Shown piece after piece: positions 25,459 through 35,502 of a stretch of DNA of 64,000 nt (position 1 is the stretch's first letter; every line of letters starts with the position of its first letter). A program made the position numbers and the translations under genes. Source of the stretch: a virus; IMG/VR virus record IMGVR_UViG_3300025141_000022, positions 120,914 to 184,913 of that record, one strand, 5' to 3'. The notes beneath the pieces are model-generated. The model did no database searches. It was not told where the DNA came from and was given only the letters and a program-made list of their open reading frames with translations.

Positions 25459-27981
25459 ATGAATATTAACAAATGGCGTAATTTCCTGAATGAAAAGAAG
25501 GAGCGCCTCCTAAGAGAAATTACAGAAGACGAGATGGAACATATTCGTGACGCTCTCGACAATATGGACAGCGGCGAAGACTTAGCTTTTTCAGAGTTGT
25601 TTGGCGACAGGACAAGAATTGTTCTCGACTTTAAAACAGCAGATAGCGAAAGCGAGTTGGGAAGATTTATTAACCTTTTTGACGTGCTTGGATACGAAGT
25701 CGATTGGCAGAAAGGACTAATATCAGCGACAAAAACATTGCAAAACACAAGCCCAGGAGGTATGTCCGACCGCATGCTCGCCATGACACATGGTGGTACT
25801 GGTGGCAAGGAGGATAGACAACGAAAGATCCAGATGAAGATCGGAAAGTTCTTCGCAAAGATTTATGATTTAGCCACAAAACAAAAGAAACTAGTTGATC
25901 AGGTTTTCAATTCTAAAGAAGCAGCGAGCCTCAAGGCTCAATATTCAACCACCGTAACAGGCGAAATGGACTGGTGGAAAAATAAACAAGCAAGGCACCT
26001 GACAGGCAACCACATCGAGGCTGGCTTAGGAGAAGAGTTGGCAGCTAGGCACTATCAGCTATACGATCAGTTGAATATGTACGTTGGCATTGACTATGGA
26101 AATGCTTTTGTAAGAGATCCATCCAGAGCAAAGAATTATATGGAGTACTGGCAAAAGAATGCCGGATACATCAAGAAGAATATAGACAAAGCCACAAGTA
26201 ATGAATACTCTATTGTTGTCACTAGGCACCCTGTTGATATTTTGCGCATGAGCGACTTTAACGCCATCCAATCTTGTCATTCGCCACCATCTAGAGGAGG
26301 TGGAGCACACTATGAGTATTACAAATGTGCAGTAGCCGAAGCTCATGGCCATGGCGCTGTGGCTTATGTGCTCAACACAGAAGACTTGTTGCACGCTACA
26401 AATACTAGTAATATAGACAGCGCAGAACAGGAGATCCAAGATGGTGAACTTTTTGCAGATGATGTCAGAGGTAGCCACGTTGGAGCCAGCATGGATCTAA
26501 CACCAATATCTCGTTTGCGGCTAAGACAAGTTAGACATTACGCATCAGATGATGTTCTTAACTCTCAAATGGGTATGGGCACGCAGATAGCCGTGCCTGA
26601 AATGCGTATCTATGGTGAGAAGATTCCTGGTTTCAGGCAACGCATCATGAAATGGGCGAGAGAGAACCAAGAGCAGGCACTCGCCAACGCCCCTAAAAGA
26701 GATGGCAGAATTGATCTGGGCCGATTCATTAAGTTTGGTGGCTCACAAGAGGACAACCAAATTGCTACTCTTCTCGGAGATTTGTATGGACACGGAAGGC
26801 TTCCGCCGGCGGCACAGAAACAGGTATTTATTGGCAATATTATTAAAGATACTCGCACCGAAGACAATTTGGATGTTAATCTTGTTGGCGGCATCTTAGA
26901 ACAGTATGAACAAGCCTGCGCAGAGATAACAGATGAGTGGAACAATAGAATGCAGGCTTGCGAGGTTGAAGCTAGAGTCGAAGACGATGGTGGCGGCAGC
27001 GTTTACATTGCCCTATATGCTTCCATGATTATCAAGTGGGACGAAGACGATTTTATCGGACTGCCAAATTATATGGACTCGCAATATGCAGTTGGCGAAC
27101 TAAATGATATAGGATACAGTTGGTTTGAAGACAAGGGTATCAGATCCCAAGTTTCTTATAAACGTTCCCAAGGTGAGGACTTCCACAAGACATACATTAT
27201 GCAGAAAATGGACATCGAAGCTGAAATGATACCTGAAATGGCGCAGCAAGCCTATGCTTATGACCCCGATGGGTTTGAGGATTTCTGTGTCGAGGTTAAC
27301 AAAATTGATGACATGTACGATGGCATTAAAGAATACCTTGAGCGCTATTATAAGCGCGAGGGCTATATGGCTGGCGGTCAATTCATGAAGCTGGCATTGA
27401 ATATTGAACATGGTGACCTTGATCCAGATTTCTGGGAAGTTGAGCTTGACGATCCATATGATCCAGAAGAAGCATATGAAGCCATGGCAAAAGTAAACTT
27501 GGAATTGGATCCCGGCTTGTATGTGATGGCATCTGGGTTTCCAATGACACCCGAAGATATGGTAAATGTATTGAACTCCCGAGAGTTCAGAACCAAGTTC
27601 CGCACAGAAGTACTAAAAGAGCCTATGAAATATGTGGGCACAGAAATGTTCTTATCCCTTCACGATGACACCAAAGCTAGTGTAGGCCGTCAGGTCAGCG
27701 CCGATGGATCTGGACGGACCAGCAAGATGTCTAATGCTGTTGACTTCGACTTTGTTATTAAGGTTACACAAGACGATCCCGAGATATTAACTAAGGTTTT
27801 TGCACGGACTGTTGAGTATATGGACGATGAAGGCGAATTTTATGATCTCGCCAACCAAACTATAAAGGGTATAATGAGAGATCAGGTTCGTGATCGATAC
27901 GCGGATCCCAAAGAGGAACCCCAAGGACTTTCCGAGTCTCATAAAGTAATGAACAGTTGGAGAAAGTTTTTAAATGGCTAA
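25459..27981 (+). CDS. Large hypothetical protein, paralog of 51058-54327 (putative virion cargo)
   Basis: 840 aa; WRNFLNE leader; shared block TRHPVDILRMSD...SCHS...YYKCAVAEA...RLRLR...AVPEMRIYG. Confidence 0.65.
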   Translation: MNINKWRNFLNEKKERLLREITEDEMEHIRDALDNMDSGEDLAFSELFGDRTRIVLDFKTADSESELGRFINLFDVLGYEVDWQKGLISATKTLQNTSPGGMSDRMLAMTHGGTGGKEDRQRKIQMKIGKFFAKIYDLATKQKKLVDQVFNSKEAASLKAQYSTTVTGEMDWWKNKQARHLTGNHIEAGLGEELAARHYQLYDQLNMYVGIDYGNAFVRDPSRAKNYMEYWQKNAGYIKKNIDKATSNEYSIVVTRHPVDILRMSDFNAIQSCHSPPSRGGGAHYEYYKCAVAEAHGHGAVAYVLNTEDLLHATNTSNIDSAEQEIQDGELFADDVRGSHVGASMDLTPISRLRLRQVRHYASDDVLNSQMGMGTQIAVPEMRIYGEKIPGFRQRIMKWARENQEQALANAPKRDGRIDLGRFIKFGGSQEDNQIATLLGDLYGHGRLPPAAQKQVFIGNIIKDTRTEDNLDVNLVGGILEQYEQACAEITDEWNNRMQACEVEARVEDDGGGSVYIALYASMIIKWDEDDFIGLPNYMDSQYAVGELNDIGYSWFEDKGIRSQVSYKRSQGEDFHKTYIMQKMDIEAEMIPEMAQQAYAYDPDGFEDFCVEVNKIDDMYDGIKEYLERYYKREGYMAGGQFMKLALNIEHGDLDPDFWEVELDDPYDPEEAYEAMAKVNLELDPGLYVMASGFPMTPEDMVNVLNSREFRTKFRTEVLKEPMKYVGTEMFLSLHDDTKASVGRQVSADGSGRTSKMSNAVDFDFVIKVTQDDPEILTKVFARTVEYMDDEGEFYDLANQTIKGIMRDQVRDRYADPKEEPQGLSESHKVMNSWRKFLNG

Positions 27982-28168
27982 GTTGATATTGCCGTTGCTC
28001 ATCTTGTCTGCATGTCATAAGAAAGCAGCAACGGAGCCCGAAACATATATAATAAGAGATGACGTATTAGAATCTTTAAACGAAGATGCATTTGATTCTT
28101 TGCCAGAGGCAGAACAGGACGATACAGCATCACCGGAAGAACAAGACTTATTAGACGAGGAATCTTAA
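27974..28168 (+). CDS. Small putative lipoprotein
   Basis: MAKLILPLLILSAC lipobox followed by an acidic tail. Confidence 0.5.
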   Translation: MAKLILPLLILSACHKKAATEPETYIIRDDVLESLNEDAFDSLPEAEQDDTASPEEQDLLDEES

Positions 28169-28172
28169 ACTA

Positions 28173-28616
28173 ATGGAACTTATTTCTACTCACTTTTGCA
28201 AGGCTGCAAATGTTGGCTATCATGGTAATTTATTTGGCGGCACAATGCTCGCTTGGCTGGACGAGGCCGGTGCAATATTTGCCTGCCAAGCATGCGACAC
28301 ACCACGGATGGTGACTAAACGGATTTCCGAAGTAGTGTTTAACAAGCCTGTTCGTCCTGGCCAAATCATTAAAATCTATGGTGAAGTTAAAATGGTTGGA
28401 AACCGTTCTATCGTGATTCGGCTGGAAGCCCGGCGACATAGCGTGTACAACGGTTCTCAGAGAACTGTTTTGACCACTGACATGACTTTTGTTCGAATTG
28501 ATGGTGATGGAGAAGCAATTCCTATTAGCGATAAAGTGAAGAGCAAGTATAATGTCGATAACAAGCCTCTCTTGGTGGAGGAACAGGTTGATGCATATGA
28601 ACATGGTGGAGATTGA
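28173..28616 (+). CDS. Acyl-CoA thioesterase (hotdog fold, YciA-like)
   Basis: GYHGNLFGGTMLAWLDEAG...VFNKPVRPG...GNRSI...MTFVRIDGDG. Confidence 0.85.
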   Translation: MELISTHFCKAANVGYHGNLFGGTMLAWLDEAGAIFACQACDTPRMVTKRISEVVFNKPVRPGQIIKIYGEVKMVGNRSIVIRLEARRHSVYNGSQRTVLTTDMTFVRIDGDGEAIPISDKVKSKYNVDNKPLLVEEQVDAYEHGGD

Positions 28617-29020
28617 GTAATATAGTAGTAATTATGCAAACAGACACAGATCAAATAGGCAAAGCAGTGATTATAAAATGGCCACATGTGCTGATTTTAA
28701 AAAGATCTATGCAATTAGAAAAGTTCCCAGGTGAATGGGACTTAGCTGGTGGCCACACTATCGAGGGAGAGGATCCACTCGACGGTGTTTTGAGAGAGGT
28801 ATGGGAAGAGACAGGGTTTGTGTTATCTAATCCCGAAAAACTTTACAGTGATGGTAGAGAAGCATATTATAAAGTAATTGTTAACAGCGAGCAAGAAGTT
28901 CGATTAAGCAATGAGCACGAAGAGTATGTTTACGCCACACCAGACGAGATAGAATCTTATGAATTGCCTGATAAATATTTAAAGGCAATTAGATATGCGC
29001 TAAAAGACATTTTAGCTTGA
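28613..29020 (+). CDS. NUDIX hydrolase
   Basis: GGHTIEGEDPLDGVLREVWEETG Nudix box. Confidence 0.9.
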   Translation: MSNIVVIMQTDTDQIGKAVIIKWPHVLILKRSMQLEKFPGEWDLAGGHTIEGEDPLDGVLREVWEETGFVLSNPEKLYSDGREAYYKVIVNSEQEVRLSNEHEEYVYATPDEIESYELPDKYLKAIRYALKDILA

Positions 29021-29045
29021 CAAAGCGATATAAACCGCTTATAAT
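29017..29045 (+). promoter_or_regulatory. Perfect-consensus sigma70 promoter for the helicase/RNR operon
   Basis: TTGACA-N17-TATAAT. Confidence 0.85.
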
Positions 29046-29073
29046 AAATAACAATCTTTAATACGAGGGATAC

Positions 29074-30435
29074 ATGGCAGAAGGACTCAACTTTGGTCAT
29101 TACGGAAAAAACTTCCAAGAAGGGCTATGCCAGCTAATTTTACAAGATCGGCCTTTTGCAGATCAGATAACCGAGGTATTGGATATTGATTTTCTGGAGT
29201 TAAAGTATCTTCAGATTTTCACGAAAAAGATTTTTGAGTACAGGGAAAAGTACTCTGTCCACCCAAGCTACAAGATCATGACTACGATTTTGCGCTCCGG
29301 TCTTGAAGAAGAGAACGAAGCTAGCAAGATTCAAGTTAGGGACTTCTTTACTCGTATTTATAACACAGAGGTAGAAGGTGCTGATTATATTAAGGAAACC
29401 GCTTTAGACTTCTGCAAGAAGCAAGTTCTTAAGGCCGCTATGATAAAATCGGTTAAACTTTTGAAGAATTCGTCGTATGATGAGATTGCGGCCGAAATTG
29501 ATAAGGCTTTAAAATTGGGCAGTGATACCAACTTTGGTTATGATTATATTGTCGATTTTGAGGAAAGGTTCCAAATTAAAGCTCGCTCACCCGTTACAAC
29601 AGGATGGAAAGAGATAGATGAAATCTGTAAAGGTGGCCTAGGCAGCGGCGAACTTGGAGTTGTTATTGCGCCTACTGGTGCAGGAAAATCAATGGTACTG
29701 GTCCATATCGGCACAGAAGCACTAAAAGCTGGCAAAACTGTTATACACTATACTTTGGAGTTGGCAGATACAACTATTGGAACTAGATATGATAGCTGCC
29801 TGACATCTGTTCCGCTACAGACAATTTTTTCTTTCAAAGAACAAATTTATGAAGCAGTGCAGGACATCCCCGGTAGTCTTATTATTAAAGAGTATCCAAC
29901 CAAATCGGCGTCTACTCAAACTATTAAAATGCATCTAGAAAAACTAAGACAAAGAGATATAACCCCAGACATGATCATTGTTGATTATGGCGATCTTTTA
30001 AAGCCAGTTACCGCTTTTAAAGAAAAAAGAATGAACTTGGAATCTATTTACGAAGAACTCCGCGCAATATCGCAGGAGAATAACTGCCCTGTTTGGACAG
30101 CATCTCAAACTAATCGTTCAGGGTTGAATGCGGAGGTGATCACGATGGAGTCTATTAGCGAAGCTTTTAACAAATGCTTTGTTTCAGACTTTATATTTTC
30201 TGTGTCTAGAACGATTGAAGATAAGACTAACAATACAGGAAGAATTTTTATTGCCAAGAACAGAAATGGACCCGATGGATTAATATATCCGATTTTTATG
30301 GATCCCGGCCGAGTTAAAATTGAAGTGCTACCTCCGACCGGTGAAACCCCTGGAGAGGTTGCAGCTAAGACTGCAAGAGATCAGTCTGCACTTCTCAAAG
30401 AAAAATACAAGAAATATAGGAGTAAAGAAGAATGA
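29074..30435 (+). CDS. Replicative DNA helicase (DnaB / T4 gp41-like)
   Basis: IAPTGAGKS Walker A, YTLEL, IIVDYGDL, WTASQTNRSG, IAKNRNGPDG. Confidence 0.92.
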   Translation: MAEGLNFGHYGKNFQEGLCQLILQDRPFADQITEVLDIDFLELKYLQIFTKKIFEYREKYSVHPSYKIMTTILRSGLEEENEASKIQVRDFFTRIYNTEVEGADYIKETALDFCKKQVLKAAMIKSVKLLKNSSYDEIAAEIDKALKLGSDTNFGYDYIVDFEERFQIKARSPVTTGWKEIDEICKGGLGSGELGVVIAPTGAGKSMVLVHIGTEALKAGKTVIHYTLELADTTIGTRYDSCLTSVPLQTIFSFKEQIYEAVQDIPGSLIIKEYPTKSASTQTIKMHLEKLRQRDITPDMIIVDYGDLLKPVTAFKEKRMNLESIYEELRAISQENNCPVWTASQTNRSGLNAEVITMESISEAFNKCFVSDFIFSVSRTIEDKTNNTGRIFIAKNRNGPDGLIYPIFMDPGRVKIEVLPPTGETPGEVAAKTARDQSALLKEKYKKYRSKEE

Positions 30436-32867
30436 AGGTGTATACACAACAAGAGGTTATGGCCTCTACGTTAGAGTATTTTGATGATGATGATTTAGCA
30501 GCAAACGTTTGGGTAACCAAATACGCTCTTAAGGATAAGGCTGGCAACCTGTTGGAAAAAACGCCGGATGCCATGCATCGCCGTTTGGCTAGCGAGTTTG
30601 CTCGTGTTGAGACACATTATGCTGGCGACAGAGCTTTAAGTGAGAGCGAGATCTACGAGTTGCTAAAAGATTTTAAATACATTGTGCCGCAAGGTTCCCC
30701 GATGATGGGAATCGGCAATGATCATGTAAACGTGTCATTGTCTAATTGCGTGGTGGTCGCTAGCCCAGACGACAACATTTCTTCTATCCTTGATTCTGGA
30801 AAAAGTTTAGCAAACCTTTTTAAACGCCGTTGCGGCGTGGGCATTGACGTATCTACACTACGCCCTGAAGGGGCGCCTGTTAATAATTCTGCCGGCACAA
30901 CTTCTGGTGCTTGGAGTTTCGCAGATTTTTATTCTTATGTATGTAGAATGATTGGCCAAAATGGTCGCAGAGGGGCATTAATGATTACAATGGATGTGCG
31001 CCATCCTGACATTGAGAACTTCGTTACAATGAAGCAAGATTTGACCAAGGTAACGGGAGCAAATGTATCGGTTAAGATAAGCGATGATTTTATGCGAGCA
31101 GTCGAGAATAAGGAAACATTCACCCTGCATTTCCCCATAGGCTCAGAGAACCCTAGCCACACAAAGAAGATTAACGCAGAAGAGTTGTGGAGTAAGATTG
31201 TAGAATCTGCCACAAAGACGGCGGAACCGGGCCTTCTCATGTGGGACAACATCACAAAGAATTTGCCCGCAGAAAGTTATGCCGCATTTGGCTTCAAGAC
31301 GTTAACCACCAACCCGTGCGGAGAGATCCCGCTGTCTGCATACGATAGCTGTCGCCTGACTTCCATCAACCTTAAGAACTTTGTTATTAAACCTTTTTCT
31401 AAATCGGCCTATTTTGATTTTGACAAATTTAGTGATGTAGCCGCAAAGGCAATGAGATTGTCTGACGACTTGGTTGAACTGGAAATAGAAAAGCTACAGA
31501 AGATTGTTTCTGCATGTGATACTGAAGACGAAATGGTACTTTGGGGCAAATTGATGGACGCATGTATCGGTGGCCGCAGAACCGGCTTAGGAACTCATGG
31601 GTTGGCCGACGCGATTGCATGCCTCAGCATGGCCTATGACTCCACTGCTGCGCTAGAGGTAATTGACAAGATATATGGTGCCTTGAAGCTTGCAGCATAC
31701 ACAGAAAGCTCCAGACTCGCTGAAGAGCGCGGCGCATTTCCAATATTTGATTGGGAGATGGAAAAGGATAACTCCTTTATCAAATCGCTACCAGAAGAAT
31801 TACAGTTGATGATGGCTCATGTCGGCCGAAGAAATATCTCTATTTTGACAAACGCCCCAACAGGCTCAGTATCAATTATGTCGCAGACCAGTTCTGGTTT
31901 GGAGCCTGTATTTAGGAACTCTTATACACGCCGTCGAAAGCTGAGTCACAATGACACAGAAGTCAAGGCAGATTTTGTTGATGAGCTTGGAGACAAATGG
32001 CTTGAATATGCAGTATTTCATCATAATGTCCAGCGCTGGAGAGATATGCATGGTGAGGAAAAAGAACTGCCAGACTTCTTTGTTGAAAGTGATCAAATTG
32101 ATTGGGTTCGCCGCATAGACATTCAGGCAGCAATCCAAAGGCATATTGATCACTCAATTAGCTCTACTATTAATTTACCCAAAGATACAAATCCAGACAC
32201 GGTAGGAGAGTTGTATTTTAAAGGTTGGGCAGCCGGCCTAAAGGGAATTACGGTTTATGTTGATGGTTCACGCTCTGGTGTTCTAGTAACAAACGAAGAA
32301 TCCGAAGAGTCAGCAGAGCCATTTCCACACCATAAAGCACCAAAGCGTCCCACCGAGCTTTCATGTAAGATCCATCACGCGACGATTCAAGGAGAAAAGT
32401 GGACTATCCTAGTTGGCCTACTAGAAGGAAAGCCTTATGAGGTTATGGGAGGTCTTGCTACCTATGTTGAAATTCCAACAAAATACACTGAGGGTATTCT
32501 AGTAAAGCACCCCAGAAAGTCAATGAATTCAAAGTATGATTTGCGCTTTGGTGAAAATGAAGACGAATTTGTCGTAAAGGACATTGTTAAAGTTTTTGAC
32601 AATCCAAACCATTCTGCATTTACCAGAATGATTTCTTTGGGCCTCCGCCATGGAGCCAATGTACAATATGTTGTAGAGCAGATGCAGAAGGACCGTGACA
32701 GCGATATGTTTTCGTTTGTGAAGTGTGTAGCCCGTGTGCTCAAAAACTATATTGAAGACGGGGCAGAAGCCTCAGATAAAACTTGCCCTTCATGCAGTGC
32801 AGAAGGATTGGTTTACATGGATGGATGCGTTTTATGTAAAGAATGCGGATATTCAAAATGTGGTTGA
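30432..32867 (+). CDS. nrdJ: Class II (adenosylcobalamin-dependent) ribonucleotide reductase
   Basis: PQGSP, SLSNCVV, TTNPCGEIPL, RRTGLG, APTGSVS, HSISSTINLP, GLKGITVYVDGSR, C-terminal Zn ribbon; no adjacent beta subunit. Confidence 0.9.
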   Translation: MKVYTQQEVMASTLEYFDDDDLAANVWVTKYALKDKAGNLLEKTPDAMHRRLASEFARVETHYAGDRALSESEIYELLKDFKYIVPQGSPMMGIGNDHVNVSLSNCVVVASPDDNISSILDSGKSLANLFKRRCGVGIDVSTLRPEGAPVNNSAGTTSGAWSFADFYSYVCRMIGQNGRRGALMITMDVRHPDIENFVTMKQDLTKVTGANVSVKISDDFMRAVENKETFTLHFPIGSENPSHTKKINAEELWSKIVESATKTAEPGLLMWDNITKNLPAESYAAFGFKTLTTNPCGEIPLSAYDSCRLTSINLKNFVIKPFSKSAYFDFDKFSDVAAKAMRLSDDLVELEIEKLQKIVSACDTEDEMVLWGKLMDACIGGRRTGLGTHGLADAIACLSMAYDSTAALEVIDKIYGALKLAAYTESSRLAEERGAFPIFDWEMEKDNSFIKSLPEELQLMMAHVGRRNISILTNAPTGSVSIMSQTSSGLEPVFRNSYTRRRKLSHNDTEVKADFVDELGDKWLEYAVFHHNVQRWRDMHGEEKELPDFFVESDQIDWVRRIDIQAAIQRHIDHSISSTINLPKDTNPDTVGELYFKGWAAGLKGITVYVDGSRSGVLVTNEESEESAEPFPHHKAPKRPTELSCKIHHATIQGEKWTILVGLLEGKPYEVMGGLATYVEIPTKYTEGILVKHPRKSMNSKYDLRFGENEDEFVVKDIVKVFDNPNHSAFTRMISLGLRHGANVQYVVEQMQKDRDSDMFSFVKCVARVLKNYIEDGAEASDKTCPSCSAEGLVYMDGCVLCKECGYSKCG

Positions 32868-32891
32868 CATCCAACCAGAATGTGATATAAT
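32864..32891 (+). promoter_or_regulatory. sigma70-type promoter overlapping the RNR stop codon
   Basis: TTGACA-N16-TATAAT. Confidence 0.7.
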
Positions 32892-32912
32892 ATTAATATA
32901 AAGGAGGTAGGT

Positions 32913-33218
32913 ATGATTAAAAACCTAACATTGGCCCCAGAATATGCTGAGGTCGCAGAAATTGATGATGAAGAGTCTGAGAAGGAGCAGCGTATTGTTG
33001 AATATATTCGCTCTTTAAAGACAATCGAAGATGCCATGGAACCCTATAAAGAGCAAAAGCGAGATCTCCGTAAGGAATTTAAAGATCAGGGCTGGCTTGA
33101 TGCTGACGAACAGCGCATGGTAACTAAGGCTTATCGGCTTGTTAAAGACGAGACTGATTTAGAGCAGCTAATGGACTTTTATGAAACCATCAAGAAGGCT
33201 AGAAATGGTAAGGTGTAA
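32913..33218 (+). CDS. Small helical protein, possibly GapR/T4 DsbA-like DNA-binding
   Basis: LKTIEDAMEPYKEQKRDLRKEFKDQG pattern. Confidence 0.4.
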   Translation: MIKNLTLAPEYAEVAEIDDEESEKEQRIVEYIRSLKTIEDAMEPYKEQKRDLRKEFKDQGWLDADEQRMVTKAYRLVKDETDLEQLMDFYETIKKARNGKV

Positions 33219-33220
33219 AA

Positions 33221-33445
33221 ATGCGTCAACAGCCATACAGCCACTTGTTGTCTAAAATAAACATTACAGATAGGTGTTCTGTTATTGCAGGAGATCATTA
33301 TTATCTTCCAACCGGAACTGTTAGGGCGATGGTTGGAGATAATGTCTCTGTTGATTTTTATTGCAAATATTGTGATAAGCGCATAACAGAGTTTTTAACC
33401 AAAGCACAATACAATACTTATAAAAAACAACTTAAACAGGAGTAG
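33221..33445 (+). CDS. Hypothetical protein (74 aa, CKYC)
   Basis: Coupled ORF in the operon. Confidence 0.5.
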   Translation: MRQQPYSHLLSKINITDRCSVIAGDHYYLPTGTVRAMVGDNVSVDFYCKYCDKRITEFLTKAQYNTYKKQLKQE

Positions 33446-33750
33446 TGATGAGATTTTCGCCGCTAAACAGAAATATTCATATTGAATTGAAATCCTCTGA
33501 GGATGAGCATACAACAGAATCTGGCCTTTTACTGCCCGAGGACTATAAGCCAAAGTCAGAGTACGCGCTTGCGAGGGTCATTGATGTGGCCCCTGACTGC
33601 AAGTTATCGGTATTTGACTCATCGGCCCGCTTGCGCACGTCTGGAATGTATGTCGTCGTATTGGAGTCGATGGTTGAGGAGATTACTTACGCTGGCAAGA
33701 CATTTCACGTTGTGCTAGAAAATCATGTCGTTGGGCTACTACAGTCGTGA
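33445..33750 (+). CDS. groS: Co-chaperonin GroES-like protein
   Basis: FSPLNRNIHIE...TTESGLLLP mobile loop...RVIDVAPD...VLENHVVGLL. Confidence 0.75.
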   Translation: MMRFSPLNRNIHIELKSSEDEHTTESGLLLPEDYKPKSEYALARVIDVAPDCKLSVFDSSARLRTSGMYVVVLESMVEEITYAGKTFHVVLENHVVGLLQS

Positions 33751-34610
33751 GGGACTCGGTTTATGAATATGATGAGTTAGTTATAGGGTTTACCTATAAT
33801 GCTGTGTTGTATTCGTACTTAAACGAGTTGCCAATAGTTGGCGTAGTGTATAGACCACCAATTATATTTGAGACAGCCGGTACAAGGCTTAAACGAGATA
33901 TGTACGAGGAGATGATTTTTCTCCTATCGCTGTCAGGGCTGGCTCCGTTTTCAAACATGGTCACTTCAATAAGGCTATCAGAAAATAATGTGCTAAATAT
34001 AGTTGTTGGCGAAACGACCGTGATTAAGGCTAAATTTAATAAACTTACTGTTTTTGATGAAGAGGGCTTGCAGGGCTTTGAGCCACCCATAAACCAAGAA
34101 GTTAAAAAGTATCAAGTTCTGGATTGGTTTAATGTTCGTCGTGGCATGACGCACTCGCATGACTTGTTACGGTCTGATTCTAACTTCGTTGAGTATGTAA
34201 GGTTTTATCCGACAATGAGGCTAGACGGCCACCACCCTGATAAAAAGGATTTGGTCGCCTTTTCAACGATGACGCAGGAAGAGATTGATGTATGGGAAGG
34301 CTCAGAAGCTCACGCCCGACTCAAAATATTAAAGATGATGAAAGAGGCAGGAATAAGGGGAACAAGGAATGGAAGGAATCCCCTGTATCCAGAACGTTCT
34401 TCGCAAGAGTATAAATATTATGCCGTATCGATTCAGCATGATTATCGTGAAAAGATACCAATCACTAGAGACAAGTATGAAGATACAGAAACAGTTTTTC
34501 ATAATTATCAAACAGCAGATGAGATTTTTGCAGAGAGTGATGATGAAAACAATAAATACAGTTATATAGACAAGCTTCAAAGGATGTTTTTAGAAAATGG
34601 AACAAGGTAA
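33747..34610 (+). CDS. Hypothetical protein with a degenerate Rossmann-like N-terminus
   Basis: YDELVIGFTYNAVLYS resembles YDxxVIGxGxxG but lacks the glycines. Confidence 0.45.
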   Translation: MRDSVYEYDELVIGFTYNAVLYSYLNELPIVGVVYRPPIIFETAGTRLKRDMYEEMIFLLSLSGLAPFSNMVTSIRLSENNVLNIVVGETTVIKAKFNKLTVFDEEGLQGFEPPINQEVKKYQVLDWFNVRRGMTHSHDLLRSDSNFVEYVRFYPTMRLDGHHPDKKDLVAFSTMTQEEIDVWEGSEAHARLKILKMMKEAGIRGTRNGRNPLYPERSSQEYKYYAVSIQHDYREKIPITRDKYEDTETVFHNYQTADEIFAESDDENNKYSYIDKLQRMFLENGTR

Positions 34611-35502
34611 AAAGAACATGTCTTCTTTTCATTTAGCGGGCATAATCCCAGTCGCCGGCCAACCACTTGATTTTGAGATGCCATGGCATGATTGTATGCA
34701 GCCTCTGGCGCCGGGCTATCTTGCAATTCATCAAGCTGTGATGCAATGCGCGACAGCCGGCTGCGAAACGATTTGGATTATTTGTCATCGGGATATGCAG
34801 CCGCTTATTCGGCACGAAGTTGGAGAACATGTTCAAGACCCAGTGTGGTTTGGCCGTCCTTCACCATTTGCATCGGAAGAGAGAAAGACTATTCCAATAT
34901 ATTATATACCAATACACCCAAAAGATAGAGATAGAAGAGACTGTCTTGGGTGGAGCGTTCTTTACGGTGCCAACTGTGCATACTGGGTAAGTCGCAAGAT
35001 GAGCAAATGGGTAATACCTGATATGTATTACACAGCCTTTCCCTATGGAGTTTTTTCACTTAAAGAACTCCGACAACATCGAAAGCAGATATCGTCCCAT
35101 GAAAAGTTCTTTCTGACATATCAGGGCGAATCTGTGCAGCAAGGTCAATATTTGGGCTTCACATTCGATGCCGAGGATTTTAAGAAAATAAGGGCCCAGC
35201 TTCGTAAAGATGGCACGGGCATGTGGTCGGGAGACGAGTTAAAAGACGGCAAATACCCGACTAAAAAATTACCAGTCGAAGAAAGATACTCGGCAAGGTA
35301 TTTTTCTCTTGACAAAGTATTTAAAAATGTTATATTAGAGGGAGCAAATAAGGCAGAGTTGTCATGGTTCTATGATATAGGATCGTGGGAAGGCTACTGT
35401 AAATTTATTGGTTCTAGTGACCGAGAAAACATAAAAAAACCGTACAATAAAATTTTGAGTTATAGGGAGTTTAACGAAGTTGGATACGATATCGAAGATT
35501 AA
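34597..35502 (+). CDS. Sugar-nucleotidyltransferase-like (NTP_transferase) protein
   Basis: LAGIIPVAG...MQPLAPGYLAIHQAVMQCATAGCETIWII and WFYDIGSWEGY (cf. RmlA WxDxGT). Confidence 0.55.
   Translation: MEQGKKNMSSFHLAGIIPVAGQPLDFEMPWHDCMQPLAPGYLAIHQAVMQCATAGCETIWIICHRDMQPLIRHEVGEHVQDPVWFGRPSPFASEERKTIPIYYIPIHPKDRDRRDCLGWSVLYGANCAYWVSRKMSKWVIPDMYYTAFPYGVFSLKELRQHRKQISSHEKFFLTYQGESVQQGQYLGFTFDAEDFKKIRAQLRKDGTGMWSGDELKDGKYPTKKLPVEERYSARYFSLDKVFKNVILEGANKAELSWFYDIGSWEGYCKFIGSSDRENIKKPYNKILSYREFNEVGYDIED
35309..35336 (+). promoter_or_regulatory. sigma70-type promoter embedded in CDS, upstream of dnaE
   Basis: CTTGACA-N16-TATATT with TG upstream of the -10. Confidence 0.5.
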
